A stretch of 63,998 nt of DNA, counting the filler, from Diploschistes diacapsis (lineage: Eukaryota): NCBI GenBank assembly GCA_023645945.1. It is 8 parts of 8 records of this genome, joined end to end, with 100 filler letters (N's around TTAATTAATTAA, not from the genome) between each part and the next. Parts side by side here need not be neighbours in the genome. Positions count along the whole stretch, not along the records: positions 48,598 to 53,713 come from JALAIB010001600.1; positions 53,814 to 58,928 come from JALAIB010001601.1; positions 59,029 to 63,998 come from JALAIB010001625.1; 5 more parts are not named here. One strand, given 5' to 3'. Positions 49,868-62,659 of the stretch are shown here, piece by piece. Positions within the stretch are counted from its first letter, which is position 1. Every line of letters begins with the position of its first letter. A program made the position numbers and the translations under genes. The notes below the pieces were generated by a model. It was not told the origin of the DNA and searched no databases. It worked only from the letters and a program-made list of their open reading frames with translations.

Positions 49868-52800
49868 ATGAGCGCAGAGGATGGGAGAAATGGCACAGCC
49901 GGTGATTCTACAGAATACGAAGCGACCTCCCTGCACGGGCTGCATCCTCGTTCCTATACTGCCAGCAGGCTTGTACGTAGTCTCTGAATTTGCCTGCCAA
50001 ACGAGCTAACACACTTTAGCACCATGCTTCTGAGCGCCATCTCCACCTTACAACCCGACGAACATTTATAGGCCCGATTCCAGATGCTTGGATCTCAAAG
50101 CACCGCAAGTCGTGGTACAAGTATAGACCTCGAATGTTCACATACTCGTCGAGGATAGCATCATTCAATGCAGCCAAAAGTGCGGCAGACTGGCGGCGTT
50201 TGACAGGGCTCGATAACTACGACGGGAACACGGACAGGAAATTCGGGTCGAGCTTTCCGCAGCCCGAGGATGTAAATGAAGAAGACGAGGGAAGTCAAGG
50301 AGACAATGGAAGAGATGCTGGCAAGGATCCTGGAATGACTCAACGAGAAGGCATGGAAGTACCTGGAGAGCAAAATGAGCCGATTAGCTCGGCACAAATA
50401 AACATGAAAGGAAAAGGAATAGGGGGTGCATCTCCACGAACGCTGCAGCTGCCAATAGACGCACAAAAGAAGGCAGGCCAGAGTAGTAGTTCCGAGGCGA
50501 AATCATTTGCTACAACTACCGGGACCTCCTTTGTGACCGCTCGAGAGAGTTTCGGGAGTTCTCCCCAGTCGGCTACTTCGGAAGGCTGCTGTACCGAACG
50601 AGACCCTACTGAACAGGGTCTTCCAGCCATCGAGGAAGACGAAGTCAATCGATACTCTGGGAGCACGGCCGGCCTTCTGGGCGACGTGGGTGGTGGTCTT
50701 CGAAAGTCGGGTAGCGGAGACGATTCGACATCATCACTGTTACGGCACGAGTGGGCTACGAATGCGGAGACTTCCAGTCCAACGGATAGTAGACCTATGG
50801 TAAAGATAGATTCTGCTTCTCAAAAAGACGATCAGACGCCTTCTGCTGGAGATGGTCCATCGGAGCAACGAAACCAGGACAAACAAGTCAAAAAGTCACG
50901 TTCAAAGCACGTCCTCCTCGAACTTCCAGCAGAAGCATACCAGGATGAGGCATCGGGTCAAATTATAGGACCATCATCAGCGCTAGAGGCTGAGCCAGTA
51001 TCGACAGGCCTTGTCCGATTTCATATACCCGATGAGTTGGCTCATAAAGGCCATAAAGCCAAAGGTAAGGTATTTCAAGCCAAGTCTAGAGCTTCTCTGC
51101 AAGTGTCACGAAGGACGAAGGCAGAGCCGGGTCAGTTATTGAAAGCAGAGCGCATGCTTGTACGAATCGATTCGACCAAACATGAGCTTCCTGACAACTA
51201 CAGCGAGAATGACAGCTTGAAGGCTGAGACAACCACGATCGAGAAATGGCGGGAATTCATCGTCACATGTCGAAGAAGCGGTAGTGAAGAAGGAGAATAT
51301 GTGATACAGATGAGTACGACCCGTGTAATATCGCTGTTGGACAAGGAACGTCAATCAAAGAAAAGTACACACGAGATTGTCCTACAGCAGAAGGTCACCA
51401 AGGTCAATATGTTCTCATCCCTGGACAAGACAATCGTCATCTGGGCCCCTCGGAGGAAAGAAACCAGAATCTACCTGTTTCGCCCACGTTCAAGCGCAAG
51501 CTCAGTTGAGTGGTATACATTCTTCAACTTCATCTTAGGGTGGCGAAGCCCTTCCAAACTGCGGATTCATGTGCCTGATCTAGACGTGAATCTGGAACTT
51601 AGCAACCCTTTGCAAGACGCCGACGTGCTGAGAGAACCTACAGATCGATCGCTTGCCCATGAGCAACCACATGAAAAGGTCGCGGATCTTGCCGATGGTC
51701 GGGTTGCGCGAGAAATAATCAATAGGTCTCTTGAGGTTCTCAAAAAGTCCGATTTCGAAGACGTAGTGGAAGCCTGGGAAGCAGAGGGCGAGAAAATCGG
51801 GCTGGCTTGGAAACGATATGATAGGCTTGAGTGGGTTCATGGTGCTAACGAGGAAAGAATGTATGGGTCAATGGCTATGCAAAAGACGCATGATCTTGAA
51901 CTCAGGCCCAAGCGGCACTATCCGACTCACGTTGCTAAACAACCTTCGACGATCATAGAGGAGCCTTCGCCAGTCGAAGGCTTCCTGGTCCGACAGACGT
52001 CGCAGAAAGGAACTCACAAAAGATTTGGCAAAACGTTCTTCAAGAGGCTGTATTTCTCAACGCATAACCATTTCCTATGCTTCTCTGAACCAGGAAAGGC
52101 TCTTCCTCCAAAGCCCCAGGAGCTACTTGGAACAGAGCCGTCGGGTTTGCCTCGTGCTTCAGAGATCGCAAAGATGGTGCCCTTGATATACAACATTGAC
52201 CCCTTCCCTCTCGAAGAAGGACGGGTCCGCTGGTTGTCAAATGCTCATGTGAAGCAGAAGAGGCATCACGACCAATTGGCCTATGAAGAAAAGGAACGCT
52301 CGCTCAATTTAATGCTAGAAGCAGAGGGCTACATCAACCTCTGCCATGCGGTTCAGATTCGTCGCTCAAAGTCCCCATCTCCGCCACCTCCCGAACAAGG
52401 ACAGGGAGCGCCAAACGAAGACTCCGAAGAGAATGAATCGCCGATCAGCAAACTAAGTGAGGATGAGCTTCGTGCCTTCGAGATCGTCCTGAGGAACGGA
52501 TTGGTCCTGCGCCTGCAAGCTTTCAGTAAGGAGACCCGAAAGAAATGGGTTCAGAGCCTGCGTGACATTTCCGAATACTGGAAGCTCCGAACCACGGAGG
52601 ACATGGGTATCTACAGACAGGTTCGGCAATCGAACCTTGACAACTTGAATATCGACGAGGAGATGGAGTCCTTTATTGGATTAGAGGGGCAGAAGTGGGA
52701 AGTCTCTCGATCTGTTGCCTCGCCGGAGCTTTTCCACATGTGTGGGATATCCTGCTGTCGGCAGGTTACGGTCAGTAAATATCCATGGGCCTCGGGTGCA

Positions 52801-53420
52801 CCGCTGACGGAAAGCCACAGATGTCTGGAGTGCTGTACCGCAAGCCCCGCGTACACTCATCCTTCAGGAAATGTGCGGTGATCCTATGTCATGGAAAGCT
52901 CCTGATATTCCAAAGCACACTTCGAGCTAGGGCCGGCAGGGAAGTTCCGCATATTCATCACGAGAGGGAAGGAGTAGTAGACTTGAAGGACAGCTATATC
53001 TACAGCGGCCTGGTAAGTCAAGCTCTTCGCAGACGTACATACATGGTGATTAATATGAGCTAGCTCACCGAAGGCGATCTTCTCTACCATAACCAAACCT
53101 TTGACAGCAACCATCCTGGGTATCATGCCCTACCGAGAGTCTACCGTGACGACAACTGGACCTCCATCGACGAGGATACAACCACATGCTTCGTCGTCTG
53201 GCATGGGCGGAGAAAGTCCCTCTTCAGAGCCAATGCGCAAGAGGGAGACGGCGGGCTCAAGTCGCGCCTGCGCTACGTCTCAAGCCTAGGCGTGCGGGGC
53301 CGATCGATGGTCTTCAAAGCCAGGAGTCGCGCCGAGCGTGACCATTGGGTGATGAGTATCTCGATGGAGATTGAGCGGCTCCAACAGACCGAGGACATTC
53401 GCGTTGTTGTTGGCAAATAG
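49868..53420 (+). CDS. SPO71: Spo71/Mug56 PH-domain sporulation protein, multi-exon
   Basis: SYTASRL|HHAS..HLHLTTRRTFIGPIP, SSLDKTI, LAWKRYDRLEW, HDLELRPK.HYPT, EPSPVEGFL, MCGISCCR, DSYIYSGL, VFKARSRAERDHWVMSI; stop 53418-53420. Confidence 0.85.
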
Positions 53421-53713
53421 CTTTGCTTTTAGCTTTTTTATTGATGTCTGATTTCGAGCGCGGTGTTGGTGGCTAGCATAGCGTGGCCGGCATGCCTAGG
53501 GCTTTTGGCGGTTGGTATCTTATATAGCACTTCGCTTGCTCTGCAGGAGACAGACTTCCTCCAACATAGTATAGTCATCCCGCGAACAGCTGGTATGCTT
53601 GAATTGTCCATACATCTTTTCCAACCCCACCCAAAACCTGCATCCACGCCCTCCTCGTTTTACAATCAACCCCCATGAACCTCCACCCTCCTAACCTCCT
53701 CCTTCCCCACCAC

Positions 53714-53813
53714 NNNNNNNNNNNNNNNNNNNNNNNNNNNNNNNNNNNNNNNNNNNNTTAATTAATTAANNNNNNNNNNNNNNNNNNNNNNNNNNNNNNN
53801 NNNNNNNNNNNNN
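53714..53813. other. Artificial contig spacer
   Basis: N44-TTAATTAATTAA-N44. Confidence 0.99.
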
Positions 53814-54529
53814 GGGATGGAGAGGGCTTGGTAGAGGGCTTGGCCGACGGTGGTGACGCCGACGCCGAGCGTGGCGGCGGAGGTGCTGGGGAGGGAGGAG
53901 GGCGGGTGCAGGAAGATGCCGTCTTTGACGACGCAGTGCGTTGCGAAGCAGCCGTCTTCGTGGTTGGACTGGGGGTGGTTAGCAGGGTAGTTTGGGTTGA
54001 GGGATGGGGATTTGCGGAAGGTTGGAGGGGTGAAGGAGGGATCGATGGGCTGGTCTCGTAGGAAATTCAAAGACGATGGAAGGAAAGGAAGTTGAGAGGC
54101 TTCTCTACGATGCTATGTTGAACTGGAAAAATGAAGACGTACTACGTTCCCACCGTGCGTCATACCGGCGATTCTGTCGCCTTTCTTCACCTTTGCCGTG
54201 ACTTTATCACCGACTTCCTCGACAATGCCGCAGAAGTCGCAGCCTCGTAGCCGAAAGATATTAGTCGCAAGCCTTGCATAATATAGTAGAGGGGTGCACC
54301 TACCGACTATGGCCCCTGGGTCAGAAATGCCCGCAATATGTTTCCAGTCGGCTTATCAATGTTAGCGATTACTGTCCTGTGAAATATCAAAATGAGACAT
54401 ACTTGGATTCAAAGCTACAGCTTCAACCTTGACCTTGACATAGTCGGGTCTGAGCCTGGGTATAGGGGTGTCGACCACCTTGGCAACTTTCCCTTCTTGG
54501 ACGACGAGCGCTTTCATGGTTTGGGCCAT
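53814..54529 (-). CDS. Enoyl-reductase-like medium-chain dehydrogenase/reductase (ToxD/LovC-like), 3' truncated
   Basis: MKALVV.., VKVEAVALNP|TDWKH, CDFCGIVEEVG, KGDRIAG..HG, DGCFA, AATLGVG..TVGQALY. Confidence 0.85.
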
Positions 54530-55324
54530 TGTAATCGTATGAACAACTACTTGGGTTTGGAGGTAAAGATGTGGTTATTGCGCTCTTGGATGGTAAAAGA
54601 TAGAACCTATTATAGGCTACTTCCTTTGATTCGGTGACAATATGTATCAGGTTGATTTGAAATGCGAAGACATGATTTTAAGCAGTTTTTTTATCATCCA
54701 CATCTTAAGTTGCTTACAAAGCAAAATGATACAGAATTCGTCTTGGACGGAAAGCAAAGTCTATAAAAGCGAAAAAAAAGTGGACGTAAAGATATATTCT
54801 GCGTATGGCGACTCTATTCACCTTCTGTACGGCCTCCTGCGATCGTACTTTCTCTCCCCTTTGAATCTGGCTCGACTTTAATTCTTCTCAGGGGGCAAAG
54901 TAATTCAAAAGTAGCTATATATCTGAATCACCATTTGGATGCAGATCTGCAGTGCTGACCAGGATTTGCAGGCCGCTGACAAATGTCCTCAGCAGTAGAA
55001 GCCACTTCTGCACCTAGTATCTAATCAAACCCTTTCATAGATTGGTGCTGAGTTAAAGCAGTAACTCTTTGGTAGAGGTGATTGCGGCTTATGGCTTTGC
55101 ACTGTAAGTCGTCGCTAAATATCTGAGTCGTATCTATTGCAGCTCATGACGTGTCTATGGCGATAGGAGCCTTCGAGTTGTCTTTTCTGCTATACTTAGT
55201 CCTCCGGCGCTCTTGATTTGAATTGAGACCGTGCACGGGAGGGAACAATATATAATCGCCAGTCTCAAGAGAACATGTCGTGAGCCTCAGCTTAATATCC
55301 TCATTCAGTTACTGGCGTCATGGA

Positions 55325-56227
55325 TCATAGAAGGTCAAAGTCGTCCAACTTATCGCGGTACTTCAAGATATTCCTCTTAATCTTGCTCGAGTCCACCCAT
55401 GTCACGAAATCCTGCATGTTGCGCGTCACAAGAAAAGCCGGATCAGTGACAACCTCTACGCCGCAACGGACATGTCCTTGCTCGATAAACTTCGTAGTCT
55501 GTTCAGGCGCTGTCAGTATGTGCAAGCTTGATAGAACAGCATCAAGCAGAGCTTGTGTGAATTCGCAGCTAGCTCTTACAGCTTGAACATTATCTCCCAT
55601 CTTCAGTCGTGTCATTACAACAGCCAATCTCCGCCTCGCCAAGCTGCTGACTGTGACCTTCTTCTCGACTTCGCTCAATTTCCCTCGTCCTCCAGCACCC
55701 TCTGTTCCTAGAATGCCCATATCGTAAAGCTTTTCGAGGAGAAGCGCCTCATGCTTGCGCCTTATGGGGTCCTCGGGATCCAACGCGGCTAACCGGTGCG
55801 CAAGTTTCCTAACAACCTCTGGTTAGGTTCATAGTTCCGAATGAGACCATTACTACCAGAGAATGGAAGATTTGTCGCAGAACTTACCGGAGGCTCCCGC
55901 AGATCTTACTGTACTTTGTATAATCTGACGGTTTTTGAATGGCATAGCGCCGAATGACCGCTGCATCTCGATGGCCGCCTAGAAGTGTTCATTAAAGCCT
56001 GTCCTGAAGAGTCCAGCTTGAGCGATGGTTACCGTCCTGCTTGTAGTCGTAGAAATTAACTTTTCGCAGGAGTCTGTATGAGATGTTAGACAGATTCTCG
56101 TAAGTAGAGCCTTCAACAAAGTATACTTCTGCTCGTGGTGTTTGAATTTTCGCACCCTTTTGCTAAGCTTTAGCCTCTAGATACTCTCACAAGAATGATT
56201 CAAGCCCCAAAAATTGTTTACTTACAT
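55325..56227 (-). CDS. IMP3: U3 snoRNP protein Imp3, multi-exon
   Basis: [74 protein letters not shown]. Confidence 0.95.
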
Positions 56228-56528
56228 GGCTGCGCCGTGCGTTTAAAAGCAGTGACAGTCGCGAAGTTCAGGAAGTTTGCGGAGTTTGGCCGCACTTCAG
56301 CCCTACTACAGTACGTTGCAAAAGTTATTTGAATCCGCTTGGCATTCTTGGCGTAAGCGACGATTGTCAAAGTATCGAGCATAATGGCTATTAAAATCGG
56401 TTTTTAGGTGTAAAACAGGTATCACAGCTAATTTAAAGTGATAAAACTTGAATTGTATAATATAAAGGCACCCGCGTAGGATACATAGCGAATCACTTCA
56501 CGAGCTGGGGATCTTCCAAGATCCTGGC

Positions 56529-58231
56529 ATGAACAACGACCAGTTTCGGCGACTCGTGGCCGAGAACTCATCTGCGAAGTTGAGCTCCGCCGCTCCTCAC
56601 AGAGATGCGGCAGCAACACCGGCGCTGGGGTCGCGCATCCGGTCCAGCATACCGATGACACCGCAAGTTATTGCCTCTTTTCATAAGTACAGTAGCTGAT
56701 GAAAGCTAGACGTTCCGTTGTAGGAAACTCCGGAGTGGACTTTGCGCGCCAGCTACGAGAAGCCAACGCCCCGCCGCAGAAAAAGTTCCGCTCTACTACC
56801 GCTCCCAAGGGCACGAAGCTCGCTAGCGGCTATGTCGACCGGGCGCAACTCCGGGAATCTACCGGCGAAGATGAGAAGGCGACGAGAGTCAAGTCGCTGG
56901 AGGAGATGGTCAAGCTGGGGCAGATGGAGCAGAGTACATTCGAGAAGTTGCGTGATGAGATCGTGGGCGGAGATGTGGAGAACGTGCATCTTGTCAAAGG
57001 CTTGGATCGGAGACTACTTGAGAGGGCTAGAAAGGGGGAGGATGTATTCAAAAAGCCAGAGGCCAAGAGGCCTGCAAAGAGCGAGGGCAGAGACGAGGAG
57101 AAGGTGGAGATAGAGGACGTGGAAGCTGCCTTGGATGAACTAGAAGGTCATGATGTTGTACCTGTTGCGAGGCAAAAGAAGAAAGAGGATACACCGCCTA
57201 CCCCAGTTGCAGGAAAGAAACGTACACGAGACGACATACTGCAAGAATTAAAGGCCGCCAGGCTGAAGGCTCGTGCGGAGGTGGTACCAACGCTGGGGTC
57301 GAAATTTCGCAAGCTGGGCGCGCAACTACAACCTGGCACTTCTCGAATTGAAAAGGATGGGAAGGGTAGAGAGGTATTAATAACTGTCGACGAAGATGGC
57401 AACGTGAAGCGGAAAGTCCGGAAAGCAAGGCCTGCAGCAGCGTCTGCTTTAAAGCCAGGACAGAAGAACGGTCTTCTTATGCCGGACAAGGACGCTATCC
57501 CGCTTGGGGCTGATACACCAATAATACCACAGAAACATGAGCCCGCCCAAGAACCTTCAGATGACGAAGACATTTTCGAAGGCGTTGGTGCAAAGTACGA
57601 CCCGTTAGGCGGCTCCGAAGGCTCGGACTCGGACTCCTCGAGTACCGAGTCAGGAGAGGAACCAGAAAAACCACCAAACAAAAAGCAATCCGTGCAGCGC
57701 AGTGTATCACCGCCATCCGCCGCGAATGATGCCGCCAAGAGCATGCCTCCTCCGTCCTTGCCATCCAAGCCGCGCAACTACTTCAACGAGAAGCCATCCG
57801 CCAAAACAGAGGATCATCCCTCAAACCCCTTTCAAGATCCCTCCTTCCTCGCCGGCTTACAGCGCATGTCTACTTTGGCACAGAAAACCGTTCACGCTTA
57901 TGACGACGAGGACAACGACGGCAACCAGGAAGAAGACGTTGAGGTACGGGCGCGCAAGCTGGCACGCCGCAAAGCTATGCTACAGCCGCATGACCGGGAT
58001 GCCGAGGACATGGATCTCGGCTTTGGGAGCTCGCGGTTCGAAGACCAAGAAGATGGTGAGGATAGGAAGGTCAAGCTTTCGAGATGGGAGGGTGATGGGG
58101 AGGGCGACGAGGAAGGGGGCAAGGGAAGAAGTGGGCAGGGCCAGAGGAAGAGGGGGAAGAAGAAAAAGAAAGGAGACAAGAACAGCGCGAGCGATGTGCT
58201 CGCTGTACTTGACAGGAGGGGAAGGGGGTAG
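56529..58231 (+). CDS. RED-like N-terminal domain protein (putative splicing-associated)
   Basis: MNNDQFRRL...LGSRIRSSIPMTP | RSV (intron 56663-56709), PKGTKLASGYVDRA, GGDVENVHLVKGLD, KKKKGDKNSASDVL. Confidence 0.8.
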
Positions 58232-58544
58232 CACGGTATCAGTAACGGTAGCATTATTCTCAGAGCTGATCCGTCTAGCTCATGCTATTTACCAAGTGCT
58301 GGTTTTGGCTTCGATTTCATATATAACACGCTTACGTCGGCTTTGTGGGGAATGCAACAACTTTCCTCATGGTACGGTTAAATTAGAAGCGTCATAGCGA
58401 CAAACCATTGTAGCTCATGGGCAACTTTAAGCTCTCACGATATCTGTAACTCAAAAAAACACCAACCTTAATTATTCCCCTAATCAAAGTAACACGATAT
58501 ATCCGAGCTCCAAGATATTCGAGCCCAGTCCAAGAAAGCCCACC

Positions 58545-58767
58545 ATGACCCAACGTGTACTCCCCTCCCCTCCCATCCCCTTCCCTCTCCCTATTCATAG
58601 TAACTGCCACCTATAGCTCCGTGCTAACACCCTACTCCATCCAGATCTCCTTCAAAGTCAGCGGCAAAGTGCAAGGTACCTTTCCTTCTCCTTCCTTTCT
58701 TCCTCCCCCCATCCCAACATGTCTTTACCCAAAACTTTCTAATTCTTAAACCAGGCGTCTTTTTCCG
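58545..58767 (+). CDS. Acylphosphatase, 5' micro-exons only (truncated by contig end)
   Basis: MTQR | ISFKVSGKVQ | GVFFR assembled across GT-AG introns; G.VQGV.FR is the acylphosphatase signature. Confidence 0.75.
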
Positions 58768-58928
58768 GTAATACTTCCATGGCATAAATCTACCACCTCC
58801 TCGTCCCCCCCAGCTCTCTCAGCTCCCTCAGCTCCGCCTCTCATCTCCAGTCCTCTTACTCTATCTATGTTTTCATGTTTCTCTCTACGTACCTGCCCGC
58901 CCAATCCTCATCTACGCTACCACCGCTC

Positions 58929-59028
58929 NNNNNNNNNNNNNNNNNNNNNNNNNNNNNNNNNNNNNNNNNNNNTTAATTAATTAANNNNNNNNNNNNNNNN
59001 NNNNNNNNNNNNNNNNNNNNNNNNNNNN
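58929..59028. other. Artificial contig spacer
   Basis: N44-TTAATTAATTAA-N44. Confidence 0.99.
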
Positions 59029-59246
59029 CGTATACGAAGTTCCGTATTTTTTTTAATAAGGATTATTGTATTATATATAATTAATTTATATCCTTTTAAT
59101 ATTAATTAGTACGTATCTTTTGTTTGATTATTTAAAGATCGTGATCTCGTACGACTTGAAATATTTCGAAAAAATGTCGATTGCTTCATAAATTCAATAA
59201 GATTTCAATAAAAATAATAATAAAGATTCTATATATAACGAAAAAG

Positions 59247-59911
59247 TAGGCTGGCCGTCACTGACACTGACACGGACACTGACAGTGTCAGTATCCGTGT
59301 TGTAGATTTATTAGCTGCGGTGTCCGTGTTCGTGGATTCACGGAAGTGCAGTATCCGTATTAATATTAATATTTAAAAAATTTTAATTGTAGTGTCCGTG
59401 TTCGTGGATTCACGGAAACGTAGTATCCGTATTAATGTCCGTGTTTTAATAACTTTAGTTGCGGTGTCCGTGTCCGTGTATTTATCGTAATGTAGTATCC
59501 GTGTCCGTATCCGTGTTTTAAAAAAACTTTTTTAAAAATAAAAGCGTGAGAAATAAACGTAATAATTTTAGAAATATTAAAAAAAAAAGTATTTTCGTGC
59601 TTTTACTGCAGTGTAATGTCCGTGTTAATAAATTTTCGGAAATATAGTGTTCGTGTTAATATCCGTATTTTAAATATTTTAATTGCGGTGTCCGTGTTCG
59701 TGAATTTACGGAAATATAGTGTCCGTATTAATGTCCGTATTTTAAATTTTTTAATCGCGGTGTCCGTGTCCGTGGATTTACGGAAATGTAATGTCCGTAT
59801 TAATGTTAATGTTTTAAATTTTTAACTATAGTGTCCGTGTTAGTGTCCGTGTTTTGAAATTTTTTGTTACGGTGTCCATGTCAGTGACCGTGGCACGAAA
59901 CGGCCAGCCTA
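59247..59911. mobile_element. Non-autonomous TIR element containing two 72-bp tandem arrays
   Basis: 12-bp perfect inverted ends taggctggccgt / acggccagccta; units start at 59320, 59392, 59464 and 59616, 59688, 59760, 59831. Confidence 0.7.
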
Positions 59912-60419
59912 AAACTAACTAACAACGGTTTAATAACGACGTATTAAAAAACACGTGTCTATAAAAGGTTCGAGAAATATATTATTTATAACGGATATTT
60001 CTACGAAGCCGGCGTCTCGACGTTATTTTTTAAATCGCGTTTCGTAAAATAACATTCAGCCTAAAACATTAAATAAAATATCTAATCAATAATATTCAAA
60101 AACATAAGTAAAATTAAAGACTCGGAATTTGTCGGGATATTGTTCTATATTCAAAATTTAGATTAAATTTATATTCGTTCTATTAGTTACAATAGAATTC
60201 GAAATCGGCTTCATAGCCGAACTCTCTATATTTTCCTACGGGGTTGGAAGGGAGGACCCGCATATAGCCAGACATGGGTCTATGCCTGAGGCTCGCGCAG
60301 AGAACGCCAACTTATCAACAATAAAGCATCGCAACCCAATACTGTACTGCTACCACTATCAACAAGATCTACCCGTCATCTTTTTATTCGCCCCTTGCTA
60401 CATACGCAGCTACAATATC

Positions 60420-61623
60420 ATGGGCATTCAACCCCACTTCCGTCAACACGCTACGCCTCCAGAAAGCTTCACAAACCCTCCTCTAACCCCTCCAACAGAT
60501 GAGAAGGGCCTAACTTTGGTCTCGCGTATTGTAGAGAGGATTAAGAATCGGCGGAAGGGACGCGACTTGACGACTACGCCGTGGGTCGTCTATTCGTTAG
60601 ACCTGAAAGGGTACCAGGAGCTGCAACACGAACTTGAAAGAGACGAGTCTCTCTCTAGGTTTGCACAACATAAACTCCGGTATGAAGAACCTTGATTAGG
60701 CCTTCTATCCGATTCTGATATCTAGCTAATTCTGCACGCAGATACGACTATTTCCCTTCTACCAGTCGACTTGTCATTCGAATGCCCACCCCTCTGCACG
60801 AAGGATTTATCACAAGAATTGTCGAGGAGATACAAGTCCAATTGAGGTCTATCCAAGCCAGGTCAGCAGAATTTGCAAACGAGATCAGGTTCGGAGGATC
60901 GGCATCGATCAAGTTTATAGACGAAGAGTACGGCAAGCACGATCCTGATGCGCAGTTCCGCCACTCGAAGGCCCAATTTCCAGGAGTCGTGATCGAGGTG
61001 TCGTATTCGCAGAAGAGAAAGGACCTCGAGCGCCTTGCGGACGATTATATCCTCGGATCTGATAGCGATATTCGGGTGGTTGTGGGCTTAGATATCGAAT
61101 ATAAAACTGGCAAGAAGGCAACGTTGTCTGTTTGGCGGCCGAACGTTATCACGAATGAAGCTGGGGAGATAGAACTAGTCGCCCAATTAATCGTCGCGAA
61201 CCAGGTTTGTAAACATCATTTAAATTTATATTTTATGCTAACTCGTTGTAGGTTTTCCGTGATACCAATGGCAACCCAGGCCCGTCTCGTACAGGAGGCC
61301 TTCGACTACGCCTTCGAGACTTCGCCACGGAAGGCCTGGCCGGGTCTGACCTACGCGATCCGATTATCCTCCCTACCAACAAATTATATTCGCTTCTTGA
61401 GGACGCGGAGGATGCAGCGTGCTTCGTTGGGCAGCAGAATGGCATCATCACAACTAATAAGCCGTGGATAAGAAAGCGGCGCAGGGAATCCTCACCACTA
61501 GAGGAACTCACTCAGGGAGATGGGAACCGCTTTCGCGCGGACGAGAGTAGAGCGGCAGATCAAACAACGAGGGACGATTCTTCATACAAGACCGGTTCAA
61601 CATCTGGGGGAGAAGCCAGTTGA
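60420..61623 (+). CDS. PD-(D/E)XK (Uma2-like restriction-fold) nuclease-like protein, 3 exons
   Basis: YDY..LVIRMPTPLHE, HDPDAQF, PGVVIEVSYSQ..KDL..LADDYI, IRVVVGLDI; introns near 60680-60740 and 61205-61251; stop 61621-61623. Confidence 0.7.
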
Positions 61624-61842
61624 TTTGTGCTTGAGAGATAGACTGATCAAACTGTTTCTGAATCATCCCAAATCCTTCATTAAAATTCACTGGAGAGCAG
61701 GGAACCCCAGGGTCCTCTGATAGTGAATCCTGCTTCTTCTCTGCCGCACATCCTGACAAACGAAAACTGTAAGAACAAACCCAATGGACCACTTCCGCTG
61801 ACTCCTGCCCTCCGGGAGACACAATAAGAGGATCTTTCCCGG

Positions 61843-62400
61843 TCAAGGTTCTCTCGAATCTTTTCCCTGATCTAGGACCTTAATCCTGGACCACTTGCTG
61901 TTAGGAATATCAGACAGCCTCTTTATTCTCTTGCTAGACCCATGAGCTCCGAGAAAAACAGCCTGCCTTCCTGATCCAGGATCAATAACCGTTATTTCCA
62001 CCGATCCATCTTCGTTGTAGCTAACATGCATCGAGACGGCAGACATGTAAGGAGTCCCTAAGATCAAGGACTTGCTGGTCCTCTCTAGTACCAGAAAGGA
62101 TTATAGAACAGTCACTACGCCTACCGATACCGTAGCATTTTCTACTATCCCAGCGATCAGTGCTTCCCCGAAGTTCAAATCCATTAAAAATATCTCTTTG
62201 TAGGGGGTAATAGCCAGATTTAATTAATTTACGATATATTTTTCTATAACGCTGACCTCTGACCCTTTATTAAGTAAAACCCGAATACGATAATTCTCGA
62301 TATTTACCATAGCTCCAAGGCAAGCGGCCGAATATATAATATCCCGCAACTAAGGATTCATGATCCCTAATATCTGTCCTAAATAGATGTTATATTTCTC
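61843..62400 (-). pseudogene. Retropepsin (gag-aspartyl protease)-like relic, RIP-damaged
   Basis: IRVLLNKGSEVSVI (degenerate LLDxGSE) and downstream LILGTPY; internal TAA stops and frameshift. Confidence 0.55.
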
Positions 62401-62659
62401 TAGCGGTTAAGCAAACAGATTTTAGATTAAATAAATGACTGGCGTTAGTTCCTGTCTTTCGTACCGAGTATTTTCTTCAGGTGCATGGTTTTTCAACTCT
62501 TCTTGAAACAAGCGCATGATCCCTGTCTGAAAGGCCTCTTCTAATCTTAATTTCTGTACCCCTAGCATTCTTGGTATGTGCTATTCAGCCTACTGTAAAA
62601 TTGTGTAACATATTTGGTGGCGCCCTAGTGATGCATTCTACCTAGCTCGCTGTAGCTCT

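Noticed and set aside
53814..54529. Enoyl-reductase-like gene as part of the PKS cluster
   Set aside because: Different contig, next to housekeeping IMP3; an NR-PKS has no need for a trans-ER
59320..59860. CRISPR-like array
   Set aside because: The whole 72-bp unit is repeated with no unique spacers, there are no cas genes, the context is fungal and the array is bounded by TIRs
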